A stretch of 64,000 nt of DNA from Candidatus Marinacidobacterales bacterium. GTDB lineage: Bacteria; Acidobacteriota; Vicinamibacteria; Marinacidobacterales; DATDRI01. This document shows positions 20,913-33,681 of the stretch, piece by piece (position 1 is the first letter of the stretch; every line of letters begins with the position of its first letter). Under the pieces are notes generated by a model. That model ran no database searches and was not told the DNA's origin. It saw nothing but the letters and a program-made list of their open reading frames with translations. Location: contig CBDCNP010000002.1 of the NCBI GenBank assembly GCA_965219415.1, positions 5,152,001 through 5,216,000 on the forward strand, written 5' to 3'. The translations under genes were made by a program, and so were the position numbers.

Positions 20913-21053
20913 TCCTCCGGGAAGCCGCCGATGCCCCCCATTGACGCGGCTCTCCCCCCTCGCTAGAATGGCTCTTCCGTTTGATGATTCACACCAAATT
21001 GGCTCTTTCGGGAGGTAAACGAGCTACCAAGCGATAGCGCTGACTCGTCAAGC

Positions 21054-21137
21054 GCGAAAGTGGCGGAACGGCAGACGCGCTGGACTTAGGATCCAGTGGG
21101 GCAACCCGTGGGGGTTCGAATCCCCCCTTTCGCACCA
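21054..21137 (+). tRNA. tRNA-Leu (anticodon TAG)
   Basis: GCGAAAG/CTTTCGC acceptor stem, CTGGA-CTTAGGA-TCCAG anticodon arm, long variable arm, GTTCGAATC, encoded CCA. Confidence 0.97.
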
Positions 21138-21268
21138 CAGCCTGGCGAGGTTTGGTCGAAGCAACGCGACGTTTTGGCGGTCGCTGAGAATTCGGCCGTG
21201 CCTGGCCAACTCTTGCTAGCAGCCGGCGTGGCGCCAAAAAGCCTTAGGATCCGAAGGAGTTCCATTCC

Positions 21269-22549
21269 TTGAAGGTTGAATGTACTGAAGAGGGTTTGTC
21301 CCGTCGTCGGCTGGACGTCGAGGTTCCGGCGGAGACGCTCTCAGAAGCCTTCGAGCAGAAGGCGACTCGGTTCAGCCGTACCTTGAAGCTGCCAGGCTTC
21401 CGAAAAGGCAAGATTCCGAAGAACCTGGTGAAGACACGGTTCCACTCCGAAATCCTCAATCAAGTCCTTCAGGATCTGCTACCGAATGTGCTCCACCAAG
21501 CTTTGAACCAGCATTCGCTGAACCCTATAGGCGACCCGAAGATCGAAGACTTGAAAGCGGAGTTGGGCGAGCCTCTTCGATTCAAGGCGACCGTCGAGGT
21601 CATGCCCGAGATCGACGTCAAGAAGTTCAAGGGTTTCAAAGTCACCGCCAAGAGTGCCGACGTAAGCGATGAAGAGACCGAAAAACGTCTAGACTCCTTG
21701 CGCGAGCGCGCGGCGCGATTCGATCCCGTCGAGGGCCGAGGCGTCAAGGATGGAGACTTCGTCACCGGAACGCTCCACGAAACTGCCGCCGACGGAAAGG
21801 GGCCGACCAACAAACAGGAAGGTGTCACGATCGAGGTCGGATCCGATATCTACCTCCCAACCCTTCACGAGAGGCTTCAAGGCGCCAAGTCGGGCGACTC
21901 GATTTCTTTCCAGGCCGAGTTTCCCAAGGAGCATGCCGATACCGCTCGCGCCGGTAAGAAGCTGACCGTGCGATTCGATCAGATCGAAGTCAAGGAGAAG
22001 ATCCTTCCAGACCTAGACGATGAGTTCGCGAAAGACCTAGGTGACTTCGAGGACCTCAAGGAACTCCGAGACCAGGTTCAAAAACAAGCCGAAGAAGAAG
22101 CGAGGCATCATTCCGAGCAGGATCTCCGCAACCAGCTCCTCGAGAAGCTGATCGAGGCGAACCCCGTCGAGCCACCCCAGGCCTTGATCGACCAAGAGCT
22201 CGACCAACGGGTAGAGGAAATGGCTCGAAACCTCATCGACCGGGGGATCGATCCCTCCCAAGCGAACGTGGATTGGCGCGACCTACGGGAAGGTCAGCGG
22301 GAGGCGGTCACTCGAAGCGTCGGCGCCACCATCCTGCTCGACCGGATCGTCACTCAAGAGGGGTTGCAAGAGACGGAGGAAGCGGTGAGCCAGGAGATCG
22401 AGCGGGGGGCGGCCGCGGTCAAAAAGAGTCCTGAGGCGGTGCGCGCCCAACTGATGAAAGACGGAGGCCTGGAACGCCTTAAACAACGCTTGCGGAGGGA
22501 GTTGGCGGTTGACTTACTCCGCGAAAATGCTAGAATCAAAGGGGGTTAG
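21269..22549 (+). CDS. tig: Trigger factor
   Basis: [10 protein letters not shown] signature; position before clpP. Confidence 0.96.
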   Translation: MKVECTEEGLSRRRLDVEVPAETLSEAFEQKATRFSRTLKLPGFRKGKIPKNLVKTRFHSEILNQVLQDLLPNVLHQALNQHSLNPIGDPKIEDLKAELGEPLRFKATVEVMPEIDVKKFKGFKVTAKSADVSDEETEKRLDSLRERAARFDPVEGRGVKDGDFVTGTLHETAADGKGPTNKQEGVTIEVGSDIYLPTLHERLQGAKSGDSISFQAEFPKEHADTARAGKKLTVRFDQIEVKEKILPDLDDEFAKDLGDFEDLKELRDQVQKQAEEEARHHSEQDLRNQLLEKLIEANPVEPPQALIDQELDQRVEEMARNLIDRGIDPSQANVDWRDLREGQREAVTRSVGATILLDRIVTQEGLQETEEAVSQEIERGAAAVKKSPEAVRAQLMKDGGLERLKQRLRRELAVDLLRENARIKGG

Positions 22550-22554
22550 AGTCT

Positions 22555-23136
22555 ATGTTGATCCCGATGGTGGTCGAGCAGACCAACCGAGGCGAGCGTG
22601 CCTACGACATCTATTCGCGCTTACTCAAAGACAACATCATCTTCGTTGGCACTCCTATTGACGACAATCTCGCCAACCTGGTGGTCGCCCAACTCCTCTT
22701 CCTCGAGGCCGAGGATCCGGAGAAGGAAATCTCGATCTACATCAATAGTCCGGGGGGATCGGTGACGGCGGGTCTAGCCATCTACGACACGATCCAATTC
22801 ATTCGCCCGGACGTGACTACCTACTGTCTCGGCCAGGCGGCCAGCATGGCCGCGGTGCTGCTTGCGGCCGGCACGCCGGGCAAACGTTTCGCGCTTCCTA
22901 ATGCTCGAGTCATCATCCACCAACCGTCGGGCGGCTTTTCTGGGCAAGCCACCGACATCAATATTCAGGCGAAAGAGATCTTACGGACTCGGCAGCGGCT
23001 CAACGAAATCCTCTCGATGCACACCGGCCAAAGCTTTTCCAAGATCGAGCAAGACGTCGAACGTGACTTCATCATGACCGCCGAGTCGGCCAAGGAATAC
23101 GGAATCATCGACCAAGTCATTTCGAGGCGGGTCTAA
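22555..23136 (+). CDS. clpP: Clp protease proteolytic subunit
   Basis: DIYSRLL, YINSPGG, AASMA, IHQP. Confidence 0.98.
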   Translation: MLIPMVVEQTNRGERAYDIYSRLLKDNIIFVGTPIDDNLANLVVAQLLFLEAEDPEKEISIYINSPGGSVTAGLAIYDTIQFIRPDVTTYCLGQAASMAAVLLAAGTPGKRFALPNARVIIHQPSGGFSGQATDINIQAKEILRTRQRLNEILSMHTGQSFSKIEQDVERDFIMTAESAKEYGIIDQVISRRV

Positions 23137-23156
23137 CTTCCATAACCGGGGGGAGC

Positions 23157-24398
23157 GTGTCCAAGAAAAACGGCGATCCTGAGGTCCTACGCTGTTCGTT
23201 CTGCAACAAAGACCAGAGCGACGTGCGTAAGCTAATCGCAGGGCCCACTGTCTTCATCTGCGACGAGTGCGTCGAGGTCTGCAACGACATCATCGCCGAC
23301 GATAATCGGTTCGAGACGCGCTCGCAGCGGTCCACCCTTCCGACCCCGATGGAGATCAAGGAATTCCTGGAAGAGTTCGTCATCGGTCAAAACCAAGCCA
23401 AGAAGAAACTAGCGGTCGCCGTCTACAACCACTACAAGCGGGTTCAGATCATGAAGTCCAAGACCCGCCAGGACGTCGAGCTCACGAAGAGCAACATCCT
23501 TCTCGTCGGCGCCACCGGAACCGGCAAGACGCTCATGGCCCAGACGCTGGCCAAGCTGCTGTCAGTTCCTTTCTCGATCGTCGACGCAACCACCCTCACC
23601 GAAGCGGGCTACGTCGGCGAGGACGTGGAGAACATCATCTTAAAGCTCTTGCAGGCGGCGGGTGGCGACATCGAGAAGTGCCAGGAAGGCATCATCTATA
23701 TAGATGAGATCGACAAGATTTGCCGCAAGGACGAAAACCCCTCCATCACCAGGGACGTTTCGGGTGAAGGGGTGCAACAAGCGTTGCTCAAGATCCTCGA
23801 GGGGACGGTCGCCAACGTGCCGCCCCAGGGAGGACGTAAGCATCCACACCAGGAGTTCTATCAGATTGACACCACCAACATTCTGTTCATCTGTGGTGGG
23901 GCGTTCGTGGGGCTGGACAAAGTCATCGAGCGCCGGATCGGAAAGAAGTCCCTTGGTTTCCGGGCCGACCTCGGTGTCCAGCAGGAACGGGCGGAGGACC
24001 TCATGACCCTCGTTCAGCCCACGGACTTGATCAAGTACGGGCTCATACCCGAGTTCGTCGGAAGACTACCGGTCATTGGTACGCTGCACGAGTTGGACCG
24101 GGCGGCTTTGATTCAGATCATGACCGAGCCGCGCAATGCCATTGTCAAGCAGTATCAGCGACTCTTCGAGTACGAGAACGTGAAGTTGAGGTTCACTGAT
24201 GATTCTCTGGAGGCAATTGCCGACTTGGCCTGCGAACGCAAGATCGGAGCCCGCGGCCTCCGCATGATTATCGAAGACCTCATGCTCGACCTCATGTACC
24301 ATCTACCCTCGCAGAAGAAGGTCCGAGAATGTGTCGTCACGAAGGAGGTCGTCGAGAACCGTGAGAAACCAGTAACGCTGATCGAGAAGGCAGGCTAG
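23157..24398 (+). CDS. clpX: ClpX ATPase
   Basis: CSFC..CDEC Zn finger, [19 protein letters not shown]. Confidence 0.98.
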   Translation: MSKKNGDPEVLRCSFCNKDQSDVRKLIAGPTVFICDECVEVCNDIIADDNRFETRSQRSTLPTPMEIKEFLEEFVIGQNQAKKKLAVAVYNHYKRVQIMKSKTRQDVELTKSNILLVGATGTGKTLMAQTLAKLLSVPFSIVDATTLTEAGYVGEDVENIILKLLQAAGGDIEKCQEGIIYIDEIDKICRKDENPSITRDVSGEGVQQALLKILEGTVANVPPQGGRKHPHQEFYQIDTTNILFICGGAFVGLDKVIERRIGKKSLGFRADLGVQQERAEDLMTLVQPTDLIKYGLIPEFVGRLPVIGTLHELDRAALIQIMTEPRNAIVKQYQRLFEYENVKLRFTDDSLEAIADLACERKIGARGLRMIIEDLMLDLMYHLPSQKKVRECVVTKEVVENREKPVTLIEKAG

Positions 24399-24575
24399 CT
24401 CACTTTTCCCGAGGGTTCCGCAACACCCGCGGGGTCGTTTTCCCAAAAATTCAACGTCGAACCGGGCCCCAACCGTTGCCTAACCAATAGATGCCCCGTT
24501 GCCTGAACCTGAATGAACCGTTCCGAGAAACCGAGCGATAGGACAGTCAGTTAGCGGAAGGACGAAGCGATAGCG

Positions 24576-27005
24576 ATGTTCGGAAACAAACCTAGAGATC
24601 GAGCCGAAATCTACGAAACGCTCGCCATGGTTCCCTTGCGGGATGTGGTGATCTTCCCTTACATGATGATGCCCTTCGTCATCGGGCGCGCTTCCTCGGT
24701 GAGGGCCTTGGAGTACTCCCTCGCCCATGACCGTCGTATCTTCCTGTCTGCCCAACACGACGCGACCACCGATGATCCGCAAGCCTCCGACATATATACG
24801 GTGGGGACGATCTCCAACATCGTGCAGTCGGTCAAGCTACCCGATGGCAACATCAAGGTTCTGGTGGAGGGGCTGGACCGTGGCCGCACCATCGAATGTC
24901 GAGAGGAAGAGGGTTTCTTCAAAATCGTCGCCAAGACGATACCGAAAGTCTCGGAGACGTCGTCGGAGCTCGAAGGCCCCATGAGCAAGGTGGTCTCGCT
25001 CTTCGAACAATACGTCAAATTGGCCAATACGGTGCAGGCGGAGGTGAAAAACGCCGCCGTCCAGGTCGACGACCCCGGCAAGCTAGCCGATACGATCGCC
25101 AGCCATCTCATCCTACCGGTCGATGAGAAACAGAATCTCCTCGAGACTTGGAACCCTCTCGAGCGACTGACCCGTATCGCGGGAGTCCTCGAGCACGAGG
25201 TGGACAAGCTACAGGTGGAACGTCGGCTGCAAGGCCGAGTCCGCAAACAAATGGAGCGGGCGCAAAAAGAGTACTACCTCAACGAGAAAATGAAGGCCAT
25301 CCAGAAGGAGCTCGGTCGCAAGGATGACAAATCCAACGAGCTCGACGAGCTTCGAAAAAAGTTGGCCGGCGCAAAAATGAGCAAGGAGGCGGAGGAGAAG
25401 GCGCTTCAGGAGCTCAAGCGGCTCGAAGCGATGCCTCCGATGTCGGCCGAGGCAACCGTATCCCGCAACTACCTGGATTGGATGCTCGCCGTTCCCTGGT
25501 ACAAGCGGACGCGGGAGAGCCGCGATCTGCAGCGCGCCGAGCGGATCCTCGACGAAGATCACTATGGGCTGGAAAAGGTCAAGGAACGCGTGCTGGAGTT
25601 TCTCGCCGTCAGGCAGCTGGTGCGCAAGCAGAAGGGGCCTATCCTCTGTTTCGTCGGGCCGCCGGGCGTGGGGAAAACTTCGCTCGCCAAATCGATTGCC
25701 AGAGCCACCAATCGCAAGTTCGTTCGGCTTTCGCTCGGCGGGGTGCGCGACGAGGCGGAAGTCCGTGGTCACCGGCGTACCTACATCGGAGCCTTCCCCG
25801 GCCAGATCATTCAGATGATGAAGAAGGCCGGCACCGTGAATCCGCTCGTCTTGCTGGATGAGGTCGACAAGATGAGCATGGATTTCCGCGGTGACCCATC
25901 GGCAGCGCTGCTGGAGGTACTGGACTCAGAGCAGAACCACTGCTTCCAAGATCACTATCTGGACGTTGAGTACGACCTCTCGAACGCCATGTTCATCGCC
26001 ACCGCCAACGTGCTGCACACGATGCCGCAGGCGCTCCAAGACCGTCTGGAAGTGCTCCGACTACCCGGGTACACCGAGGAAGAGAAGGTTGAGATCGCGA
26101 CGCGGTTCTTGGTGCCGAAACAAGTCGAATCTAACGGACTCAAGAACAAGGCGGTCACGTTCCAGGGTGACGCCTTGAAGGAAGTCCTGACGCGCTACAC
26201 TCGCGAGGCAGGAGTGCGCAATCTGGAAAGGGAGATCGCATCCATCTGCCGCAAGATTGCTCGAAAACTGGTCACCGACAAGACGGATCTCGAGATCGAC
26301 GTGACTGAAAAATCCATCGCCGACTATCTGGGAATTCCGAAGTTCCGCCGGCGCAAGACGGAAGGAACGAGCGAAATCGGGACGGCTACCGGTCTGGCCT
26401 GGACCGAGGTGGGGGGAGAGCTCCTCGTCACCGAGGCCTCGCTCATGTTCGGGAAGGGCGGATTGACCTTGACTGGCAAGTTGGGCGACGTTATGCAAGA
26501 ATCTGCGCAAACGGCCCTGTCGTTCATTCGCTCCCGTGCGGAGGAGCTTGGTATTGCAAGGGATTTCAATCGACGTATCGACGTGCATATCCACGTACCA
26601 GAAGGCGCAATCCCCAAAGACGGTCCGTCGGCGGGAATCACCATGTGCACGGCTCTGGTCTCTGCCTTGACGAGTATTTCGGTACGGAGCGATGTAGCCA
26701 TGACCGGCGAGATCACGCTTCGCGGGAAGATCCTCCCGATTGGAGGAGTGAAAGAAAAGCTCCTCGCTGCACACCGCGCCGGCATCAACAACATAATCCT
26801 TCCCCGGGACAACGAAAAGGACCTGGCCGATATCCCGGAGAACGTTCTCAGTCAGCTGAAGGTCAAGATGGTTGAGTCGATGGACGAAGTGTTCGAGGGG
26901 GCTTTGACCGCTCCGCTGCCGAAAATCGAGGCGGACGAAGATTCGTCCGAGTCGGAACCTGAGAAGCTGGACGAGGGGATCCAAGGCGAATCGATTACCC
27001 ATTAG
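24576..27005 (+). CDS. lon: Lon protease
   Basis: [23 protein letters not shown]. Confidence 0.98.
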   Translation: MFGNKPRDRAEIYETLAMVPLRDVVIFPYMMMPFVIGRASSVRALEYSLAHDRRIFLSAQHDATTDDPQASDIYTVGTISNIVQSVKLPDGNIKVLVEGLDRGRTIECREEEGFFKIVAKTIPKVSETSSELEGPMSKVVSLFEQYVKLANTVQAEVKNAAVQVDDPGKLADTIASHLILPVDEKQNLLETWNPLERLTRIAGVLEHEVDKLQVERRLQGRVRKQMERAQKEYYLNEKMKAIQKELGRKDDKSNELDELRKKLAGAKMSKEAEEKALQELKRLEAMPPMSAEATVSRNYLDWMLAVPWYKRTRESRDLQRAERILDEDHYGLEKVKERVLEFLAVRQLVRKQKGPILCFVGPPGVGKTSLAKSIARATNRKFVRLSLGGVRDEAEVRGHRRTYIGAFPGQIIQMMKKAGTVNPLVLLDEVDKMSMDFRGDPSAALLEVLDSEQNHCFQDHYLDVEYDLSNAMFIATANVLHTMPQALQDRLEVLRLPGYTEEEKVEIATRFLVPKQVESNGLKNKAVTFQGDALKEVLTRYTREAGVRNLEREIASICRKIARKLVTDKTDLEIDVTEKSIADYLGIPKFRRRKTEGTSEIGTATGLAWTEVGGELLVTEASLMFGKGGLTLTGKLGDVMQESAQTALSFIRSRAEELGIARDFNRRIDVHIHVPEGAIPKDGPSAGITMCTALVSALTSISVRSDVAMTGEITLRGKILPIGGVKEKLLAAHRAGINNIILPRDNEKDLADIPENVLSQLKVKMVESMDEVFEGALTAPLPKIEADEDSSESEPEKLDEGIQGESITH

Positions 27006-27226
27006 GACTACTAGGTGGGGGTGCCCACACCACGCCACACAACCGACGACAAGGGCACTTCCAGCAAGACGCTTCCGAAAATTCTTCCCAGAGGGAAACC
27101 AGTAGTGGCCGGAAAGAGGCTCCCCGCACAGTGAAGCGGCGGACCTCATCGCTACCGAAGTAACCAATCAACGGGAGTTAATCAACTGGCAACGGTGAGA
27201 GTCGCACCGGAGAGAACTTATGCATC

Positions 27227-27841
27227 ATGAGCAAGCTGCCGCGCGCCGAGTTCATTCTCAGTGCCGCCGCGCCAATAGACTTTCCTGGCGATGGACTTCC
27301 GGAAGTGGCTCTAGTCGGAAGATCGAATGTAGGAAAATCCAGCTTGCTCAACCAGCTCGCAGGCATCAAGAAACTGGCGGCGGTGTCACGGACTCCAGGC
27401 CGCACCCAGCTCATCAATTTTTTTCGGGTGGAAGAGCGTTTCTATCTGGTCGACCTACCCGGCTATGGTTTTGCGCGCGTCCCGGTGGCGGTGCGACGTC
27501 GTTGGGAGGCTCTCGTCAGCGAGTACCTCTTCGAGCGGAGCGCGCTTCGGTTGGTCATGCTCATCATCGACGCTCGCCGCGACCCGATGCCCAACGACCA
27601 GCAGGTATTGGAGCTCCTAAATAGCAGCGGAATGTCCTATGCCCTTATTGCAACCAAGTCAGACAAACTCTCCCGAGCGGCGATGGCCAAGCAAAGGGCT
27701 CGGCTCCATTCGGCCTTTGCCTCGGACGGGGAGATTCCCTTCATCACCTTTTCCGCCGTAACGGGGGAAGGAAGGAAAGAAATATGGAACGTGATCGAGA
27801 AACACGTACGCGGGCCGAAACGCCGACCGAGAACGAAGTAA
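27227..27841 (+). CDS. engB: Ribosome biogenesis GTPase YihA/EngB
   Basis: [20 protein letters not shown]. Confidence 0.96.
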   Translation: MSKLPRAEFILSAAAPIDFPGDGLPEVALVGRSNVGKSSLLNQLAGIKKLAAVSRTPGRTQLINFFRVEERFYLVDLPGYGFARVPVAVRRRWEALVSEYLFERSALRLVMLIIDARRDPMPNDQQVLELLNSSGMSYALIATKSDKLSRAAMAKQRARLHSAFASDGEIPFITFSAVTGEGRKEIWNVIEKHVRGPKRRPRTK

Positions 27842-29160
27842 CGGAAAAAGCGCCGCGTAGCGAAACAACTGAAAAGCCTCAGCGGAGTGAGGGGAAGGCG
27901 AAGACCCTCAACATCGCCGAGCTGAAGGATATGAATATTTCCACCCTCGCGAAGGTGGCCAAGGACCTCACCGTCGCCGGCGCCACTGGGATGCGCAAGC
28001 AAGAACTCATCTTCAAAATCCTGCAAGCGCAAACCGAACAAAGCGGACTCATTTTCTCCGAGGGTGTATTGGAATGCCTGCCCGACGGCTTTGGGTTCTT
28101 GCGCGCCCCCGAGTACAACTATCTGCCCGGTCCTGATGACATCTACGTCTCGCCGTCGCAGATACGGAAATTCGATCTGCGAACCGGAGACACGATTTCC
28201 GGCCAGATCCGGCCACCGAAAGAAGGCGAGCGCTACTTCGCGCTCATCAAGGTGGAGGCGGTCAATTTCGAGCCGCCCGAAGCCTCACGTGAGCGGATCT
28301 TCTTCGACAACCTGACTCCCCTCTATCCGCAGGAGCGGATCCAGCTGGAGACTGCTAAGGACAACCTGTCGGCGCGGGTGATGGACCTGATGACCCCGGT
28401 CGGAAAGGGGCAGCGCGGACTCATCGTCGCGGCCCCTCGCACCGGCAAGACGATGTTGCTGCAGAACATTGCCAACAGCATTACCGCCAACCAGCCCGAA
28501 GTCATCCTCATCGTCCTGCTGATCGACGAGCGCCCAGAAGAGGTCACCGACATGCAGCGTTCGGTGCAGGGCGAGGTCATCAGCTCGACGTTCGACGAGC
28601 CGGCTTCTCGCCACGTGCAGGTCGCGGAAATGGTCATCGAGAAGGCGAAACGGTTGATCGAGCACAAACGGGATGTCGTTATATTGCTCGACTCGATAAC
28701 GCGCCTCGCCCGCGCCTACAATACCGTGGTGCCACCTTCCGGAAAGGTGCTTTCCGGTGGTGTGGACAGTAACGCACTGCAACGACCGAAGCGGTTCTTC
28801 GGCGCGGCCCGAAATATCGAAGAGGGCGGTTCGCTCACCATTATCGCTACCGCTCTCATCGAGACCGGCAGCCGGATGGACGATGTCATCTTTGAGGAGT
28901 TCAAGGGCACCGGTAATATGGAAATCCACCTCGACCGCAAGCTGGTCGACAAGCGGGTCTTTCCTTCCATCGACATCAACAAGAGCGGCACTAGAAAGGA
29001 AGAGCTGCTGCTTGCCAAGGAGGAGATCACGCGGGTATGGATTCTACGCAAAGTGCTCTCCCCCTTGTCGCCGGTGGAGGCAATGGAGCTCCTGTTGGAC
29101 AAGATGAGCAAGACGAAGAATAACGCCGAGTTCCTAGCCTCGATGTCGGGCCAACCCTAG
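27784..29160 (+). CDS. rho: Transcription termination factor Rho (start uncertain, overlaps engB)
   Basis: [31 protein letters not shown]. Confidence 0.97.
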   Translation: MERDRETRTRAETPTENEVTEKAPRSETTEKPQRSEGKAKTLNIAELKDMNISTLAKVAKDLTVAGATGMRKQELIFKILQAQTEQSGLIFSEGVLECLPDGFGFLRAPEYNYLPGPDDIYVSPSQIRKFDLRTGDTISGQIRPPKEGERYFALIKVEAVNFEPPEASRERIFFDNLTPLYPQERIQLETAKDNLSARVMDLMTPVGKGQRGLIVAAPRTGKTMLLQNIANSITANQPEVILIVLLIDERPEEVTDMQRSVQGEVISSTFDEPASRHVQVAEMVIEKAKRLIEHKRDVVILLDSITRLARAYNTVVPPSGKVLSGGVDSNALQRPKRFFGAARNIEEGGSLTIIATALIETGSRMDDVIFEEFKGTGNMEIHLDRKLVDKRVFPSIDINKSGTRKEELLLAKEEITRVWILRKVLSPLSPVEAMELLLDKMSKTKNNAEFLASMSGQP

Positions 29161-29272
29161 CGTCAACCAACAACACCTACCTCGCCGCACGTGGGAGCCT
29201 TGTCACGCTCCCGCCGGCGGACAAGCTGCGCTATAATAGCGCTCTCCAGTTCACTACCGAGGAGTCATAGAC

Positions 29273-29557
29273 ATGAAACAAGGAATTCATCCAAAGTACG
29301 AGACCGTGACGGTAACTTGTGCTTGCGGAGAGACTTTTCAGACCCGCACTACCAAGGGCAGCACTATTAAGCTGGAGATCTGCTCCAAGTGCCATCCCTT
29401 CTTCACTGGCAAGCAGAAATTGATCGACTCGGCCGGTCGCATCGAGCGGTTCCAACGAAAGTTCGGAAAGCGGAAGCCCGTCTCGCAAGCGAAGCCTGAG
29501 GCGAAGTCAGAGCCCGCCCCTGACAGCACTGACAGCCCGACCACTCCTGAGTCCTAA
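29273..29557 (+). CDS. rpmE: 50S ribosomal protein L31 (Zn-binding type)
   Basis: [23 protein letters not shown]. Confidence 0.97.
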   Translation: MKQGIHPKYETVTVTCACGETFQTRTTKGSTIKLEICSKCHPFFTGKQKLIDSAGRIERFQRKFGKRKPVSQAKPEAKSEPAPDSTDSPTTPES

Positions 29558-29578
29558 GGCCTAGACTCCCGCAGTCCC

Positions 29579-30673
29579 ATGTCTGATCTGCAATCCAAGC
29601 TCGATGCACTCGAGGCGCGGTACGAGCAGATAACCCTCGAGCTCGGAAAGCCGGAGGTCGCATCCGACCCCGCTGTCTATCAGAAAACGGCGAAAGCGCG
29701 AGCGGAGCTCGAGCCCGTGGTAAGCAAGTACCGCGAGCTGAAATCGGTACTGAACCAGCTCAGCGGGGCTCAGGAGATGATCAAGGAAGGTGAGGAAGAA
29801 GAGCTCAAGGCTTTAGCCCAGGAAGAGCTTGAACAGCTCGAGACCGAAAGGGAACGTTTGACGGAGGAGGTGAAACTCCTACTCCTTCCGAAGGATCCGA
29901 ACGACGAGCGCAACGTCATCGTCGAGATCCGAGCTGGTACGGGGGGTGATGAAGCGGCACTCTTCGCTCAGGAAATTTACCGGATGTACTCCCGCTACGC
30001 GGAGCAAAACGGTTGGCGGGTGGAAGTGATCAACGCGAACCCCACCGGCATCGGTGGATTGAAGGAGATCGTTGCGGTCATCGAAGGCAAGGGTGCCTAT
30101 AGCCGACTGAAGTACGAGAGTGGTGTTCACCGCGTCCAGCGGGTACCGGTGACGGAGGCTTCTGGTCGTATTCATACCTCCGCGATCACGGTTGCCGTAT
30201 TGCCGGAGGCCAAGGACGTCGAGGTTGAAATCGAGGCCAAGGACATTCGTATCGACACTTTCTGCTCCTCCGGTCCAGGAGGGCAGAGCGTCAATACGAC
30301 CTACTCGGCGGTCCGGATCACTCACATCCCCACGGGCCTGGTGGTGTCGTGCCAGGACGAAAAATCGCAAATCAAAAACAAGGCCAAGGCGATGCGCGTT
30401 CTTCGCTCGCGGCTGTACGATTTGGCCATCCAGGAACAACAAGCCAAGATCGCCCGCGAGAGGAAGGGACAGATCGGCTCCGGAGACCGAAGCGAGAAGA
30501 TCCGTACTTACAATTTCCGCGAGACACGGGTGACGGACCACCGCATCAACCTGACGCTGCATCGCCTTGACGCGATCCTAGATGGTCAGTTGGACGACAT
30601 CATCGACGGTCTCGCTACGCACTACCAAGCCGAAAAACTCAAGGAGGCGGAGGCCGCTCCCGTAGAACAGTGA
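29579..30673 (+). CDS. prfA: Peptide chain release factor 1
   Basis: PVT motif, [12 protein letters not shown]. Confidence 0.97.
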   Translation: MSDLQSKLDALEARYEQITLELGKPEVASDPAVYQKTAKARAELEPVVSKYRELKSVLNQLSGAQEMIKEGEEEELKALAQEELEQLETERERLTEEVKLLLLPKDPNDERNVIVEIRAGTGGDEAALFAQEIYRMYSRYAEQNGWRVEVINANPTGIGGLKEIVAVIEGKGAYSRLKYESGVHRVQRVPVTEASGRIHTSAITVAVLPEAKDVEVEIEAKDIRIDTFCSSGPGGQSVNTTYSAVRITHIPTGLVVSCQDEKSQIKNKAKAMRVLRSRLYDLAIQEQQAKIARERKGQIGSGDRSEKIRTYNFRETRVTDHRINLTLHRLDAILDGQLDDIIDGLATHYQAEKLKEAEAAPVEQ

Positions 30674-31539
30674 GCAAGGCTTCCCCTAGTGCACGGCGAC
30701 TTCTCGAGCGGGGAGCGCAGGAGCTGGAACAGGCCGGCGTAGACCGAAGCCGCTGGGAAGCCGAGGTTCTCCTTCGACAAGCGATCGGCTGCTCTCGCGA
30801 AACTCTTCTCGCCGATCTCGCCGAGCCGGTGGGAGCGGAAGCGGCGGGATATTTCTTTCAACTCGTCGACCGACGCCGGGGTCGAGTTCCCCTGCAATAC
30901 CTCCTGGGCACCCAGGAGTTTTGGGGTCTCGAGTTCGTGGTAACTCCTGCCGTCTTCATCCCTCGTCCCGAAACCGAAGGCCTGGTCGAGGAAACCATCG
31001 CTCGACTCGGCGACCGCTCGGCAAGGGTGGCCGACGTCGGGTGTGGAAGCGGCTGTGTGGCCGTTTCGATCGCTTCGTCTCTTCCCAACGCCCAGGTGTA
31101 CGCAACGGAAATCTCACCCGCCGCACTTGCGGTGGCCGGGGAAAACGCAAACCGAAACGGCGTAAGCTCACGCATCGAGTTCCTGCAGGGCGATCTCTTA
31201 GCTCCACTGGTAGCCAAGTCGACACCGCCCATCTTGGACGTCGTGGTGTCGAATCCACCGTACGTTCCGGAGGTCGACATGGCCGGGCTTCAACCCGAGG
31301 TCAAGGAGCACGAGCCTCGTGTTGCTTTGGCGGCAGGACCCGACGGGCTCGACGCGATGCGTCGCCTACTCCCCCAAGCCCGTTCACTTCTGGCGCCGCG
31401 GGGCCTCGTGTTGCTCGAGATTGGGATGGGTATGGAGGAGCGGGTGAAAACGCTGATTACCGAAACCGGTCTCGTGTGGGAAAAGACGGTTCCGGATCTG
31501 CAGGGGTTCCCGCGCATCGTCGTCGCGGTGAAAGGCTAA
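30670..31539 (+). CDS. prmC: Release factor glutamine methyltransferase
   Basis: IPRPETE, DVGCGSG, SNPPY. Confidence 0.96.
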   Translation: MSKASPSARRLLERGAQELEQAGVDRSRWEAEVLLRQAIGCSRETLLADLAEPVGAEAAGYFFQLVDRRRGRVPLQYLLGTQEFWGLEFVVTPAVFIPRPETEGLVEETIARLGDRSARVADVGCGSGCVAVSIASSLPNAQVYATEISPAALAVAGENANRNGVSSRIEFLQGDLLAPLVAKSTPPILDVVVSNPPYVPEVDMAGLQPEVKEHEPRVALAAGPDGLDAMRRLLPQARSLLAPRGLVLLEIGMGMEERVKTLITETGLVWEKTVPDLQGFPRIVVAVKG

Positions 31540-31616
31540 TAGGGCACCCCTCACCCCATCCCTCTCCCCAAAAAGAGGAGAGGGAGAGCAGGTGGTGCTG
31601 CCGCAAAACTTCTAAT

Positions 31617-32873
31617 ATGGATAAGTTAAGAATCACAGGGGGGCGTGAGCTTTCCGGTCGCGTCGAAACAAGCGGCGCCAAGAACGCGTCCCTTCCCGCC
31701 ATGGCGACAAGCCTACTCACCGACCAAACCGTTGAGCTCGAGAACGTGCCAGAGGTTTGGGACGCCTCGACCATGCGGCGTTTGCTTTCCGAGTTGGGCG
31801 CCGAAGTCGACTACGGCTCATCCCATCGAATGAAGATATCCGTTCCCTCGGTTAGGTCGTTCGAAGCTCCGTACGAACTCGTCAAGACCATGCGCGCTTC
31901 TGTTTTGGTCCTCGGGCCTCTGGTGGCCCGCCACGGTCGCGCACGCGTATCTCTTCCGGGAGGATGTGCCATCGGTGCACGGCCTATCGATCTGCACCTG
32001 AAAGCCCTCGAGAGGCTCGGAGCAGAAGTCACGATCGAGCACGGGTTCGTCGATGTAAGAACGGAGGGTCTCCGTGGCGCCGAGATCTACTTCGATAACG
32101 TAACGGTGACCGGGACCGAGAACATTCTGATGGCCGCATGTTTGGCGAGAGGAGAAACGATCCTCGCCAACTGCGCGCAAGAGCCCGAGGTGGTCGACTT
32201 GGCCAAGCTCCTCGTTGAAATGGGCGCCTGCATCGACGGGGCAGGCACCCAGACGATCCGAGTGTCGGGCGTCGAGCGCCTCACGGGAGCGAAGCATCGC
32301 ATCATTCCCGACCGAATCGAAGCCGGGACGTTCCTAGCCGCCGGGGCTTTGGTTGGTGGGGAAATGGAGATCGCCCACTGCGAGCCCAACCACTTGACGG
32401 CGATTCTGGAAAAACTGGACGAGATCGGAGCCGAGCTCGAGGTAGAAGGGGATCTCATTAGACTGCACGCTAGCGGCAGCTTGGAGGCTGCCAACCTGCG
32501 AACACTTCCCTACCCGGGTTTCCCAACCGACATGCAAGCCCAACTCATGACCTTGCTCACGCAAGCCCGAGGGACCAGTTTCATCGCCGAGACCATCTTC
32601 GAGAACCGATTCATGCACGTTGCGGAGTTGAATCGAATGGGCGCCGACATCCGACTCGATGGCCACACCGCGGTCGTCCGGGGCTCCACACCACTTTCCG
32701 GTGCCCGCGTCATGGCAACCGATCTTAGAGCCAGTGCGTGTTTGGTCCTAGCGGGCTTGGCCGCTCAGGGTCAAACGGTCATCGAGCGCGTCTACCATCT
32801 GGACCGGGGTTACGAGCACATCGAATCGAAGCTCGCTCGACTGGGTGCTGAGATCGAGCGCTTGAAGAAGTAG
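31617..32873 (+). CDS. murA: UDP-N-acetylglucosamine 1-carboxyvinyltransferase
   Basis: SGAKN, PGGCAIGARPID (catalytic Cys), GFPTDMQ, DLRA. Confidence 0.97.
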   Translation: MDKLRITGGRELSGRVETSGAKNASLPAMATSLLTDQTVELENVPEVWDASTMRRLLSELGAEVDYGSSHRMKISVPSVRSFEAPYELVKTMRASVLVLGPLVARHGRARVSLPGGCAIGARPIDLHLKALERLGAEVTIEHGFVDVRTEGLRGAEIYFDNVTVTGTENILMAACLARGETILANCAQEPEVVDLAKLLVEMGACIDGAGTQTIRVSGVERLTGAKHRIIPDRIEAGTFLAAGALVGGEMEIAHCEPNHLTAILEKLDEIGAELEVEGDLIRLHASGSLEAANLRTLPYPGFPTDMQAQLMTLLTQARGTSFIAETIFENRFMHVAELNRMGADIRLDGHTAVVRGSTPLSGARVMATDLRASACLVLAGLAAQGQTVIERVYHLDRGYEHIESKLARLGAEIERLKK

Positions 32874-33011
32874 CCCACTGTGGGCACGGCGACACAGGGC
32901 GTAGCCTTTTTCACCCGCCCCACTACCCCTAACCCATTGGCAGAGTGCGGATTCCAATGGCATCCATCTTGCTCCCCAAGGCGCTGGCCCTAAGGGCAGA
33001 GGGAGCGTGCC

Positions 33012-33620
33012 ATGCAGTGTCCGTCGTGCAAGAAGAACCAACCGATGTCGTTCCGGTGCCGATCCTGCGGAGCCGATCTCGCGAGACGATCCGGCTCGGC
33101 CCGGGTAAGCTCTGCGGGCGGAGCAGCCGCTGTCGCCGTGCCCATGGACGGTGGCTTCGACGCGGCCGTGGCCTCCGCCGGCCCGAAGATCTACAGTAGT
33201 GGAGCCTTGGCGAGCCGCGGCTCGCGGCTGGCGGCCTCCATCATCGACGTCTTAATCGCGCTGGCGTCGATGGCACCGGGCTTCCTCTTTATGAGCGGAG
33301 GAGCCGCGACCGCTGAAGAGATGCTGCAAGAAGGCGCGTTGGCGGCCATGGTGGGTCCGGTCTTGCTCGGTCTCTACTACATGTTCATCCTCGCCCGTGA
33401 CGGCCAGACGCTCGGTAAGAAGATCATGAAGATTCGCATCGTCAGGTTCGACGACGGAACCAATCCGGGATTCGGGCGGGTGGTTGGGCTCCGCGTCCTT
33501 CTCAACGGCTTGCTCGGAAACATTCCCTTCTACGCGCTCGTAGACGTGCTCTTCATCTTCGGTGCCCAGCAGCGTTGCGTCCACGACTACATCGCGGGGA
33601 CCAAGGTCATCCAAGCCTAG
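33012..33620 (+). CDS. RDD family membrane protein with N-terminal Zn ribbon
   Basis: RLAASIID, GQTLGKK, VHDYIAGT; CPSC..CRSC. Confidence 0.88.
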   Translation: MQCPSCKKNQPMSFRCRSCGADLARRSGSARVSSAGGAAAVAVPMDGGFDAAVASAGPKIYSSGALASRGSRLAASIIDVLIALASMAPGFLFMSGGAATAEEMLQEGALAAMVGPVLLGLYYMFILARDGQTLGKKIMKIRIVRFDDGTNPGFGRVVGLRVLLNGLLGNIPFYALVDVLFIFGAQQRCVHDYIAGTKVIQA

Positions 33621-33681
33621 CGCCTAGCGTCAAGGGCGTCCTTGGCTTGCCGCGTCCTAGACGAATCCAGTTGAGACGGCG

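Noticed and set aside
21054-21137. tRNA-Leu as the integration site of the accessory region
   Set aside because: The island lies 5' of the tRNA and I found no duplicated tRNA end in the window
30921-31616. 650-aa MurA fusion
   Set aside because: The extension overlaps prmC out of frame and crosses a REP hairpin; MurA homology starts at 31617
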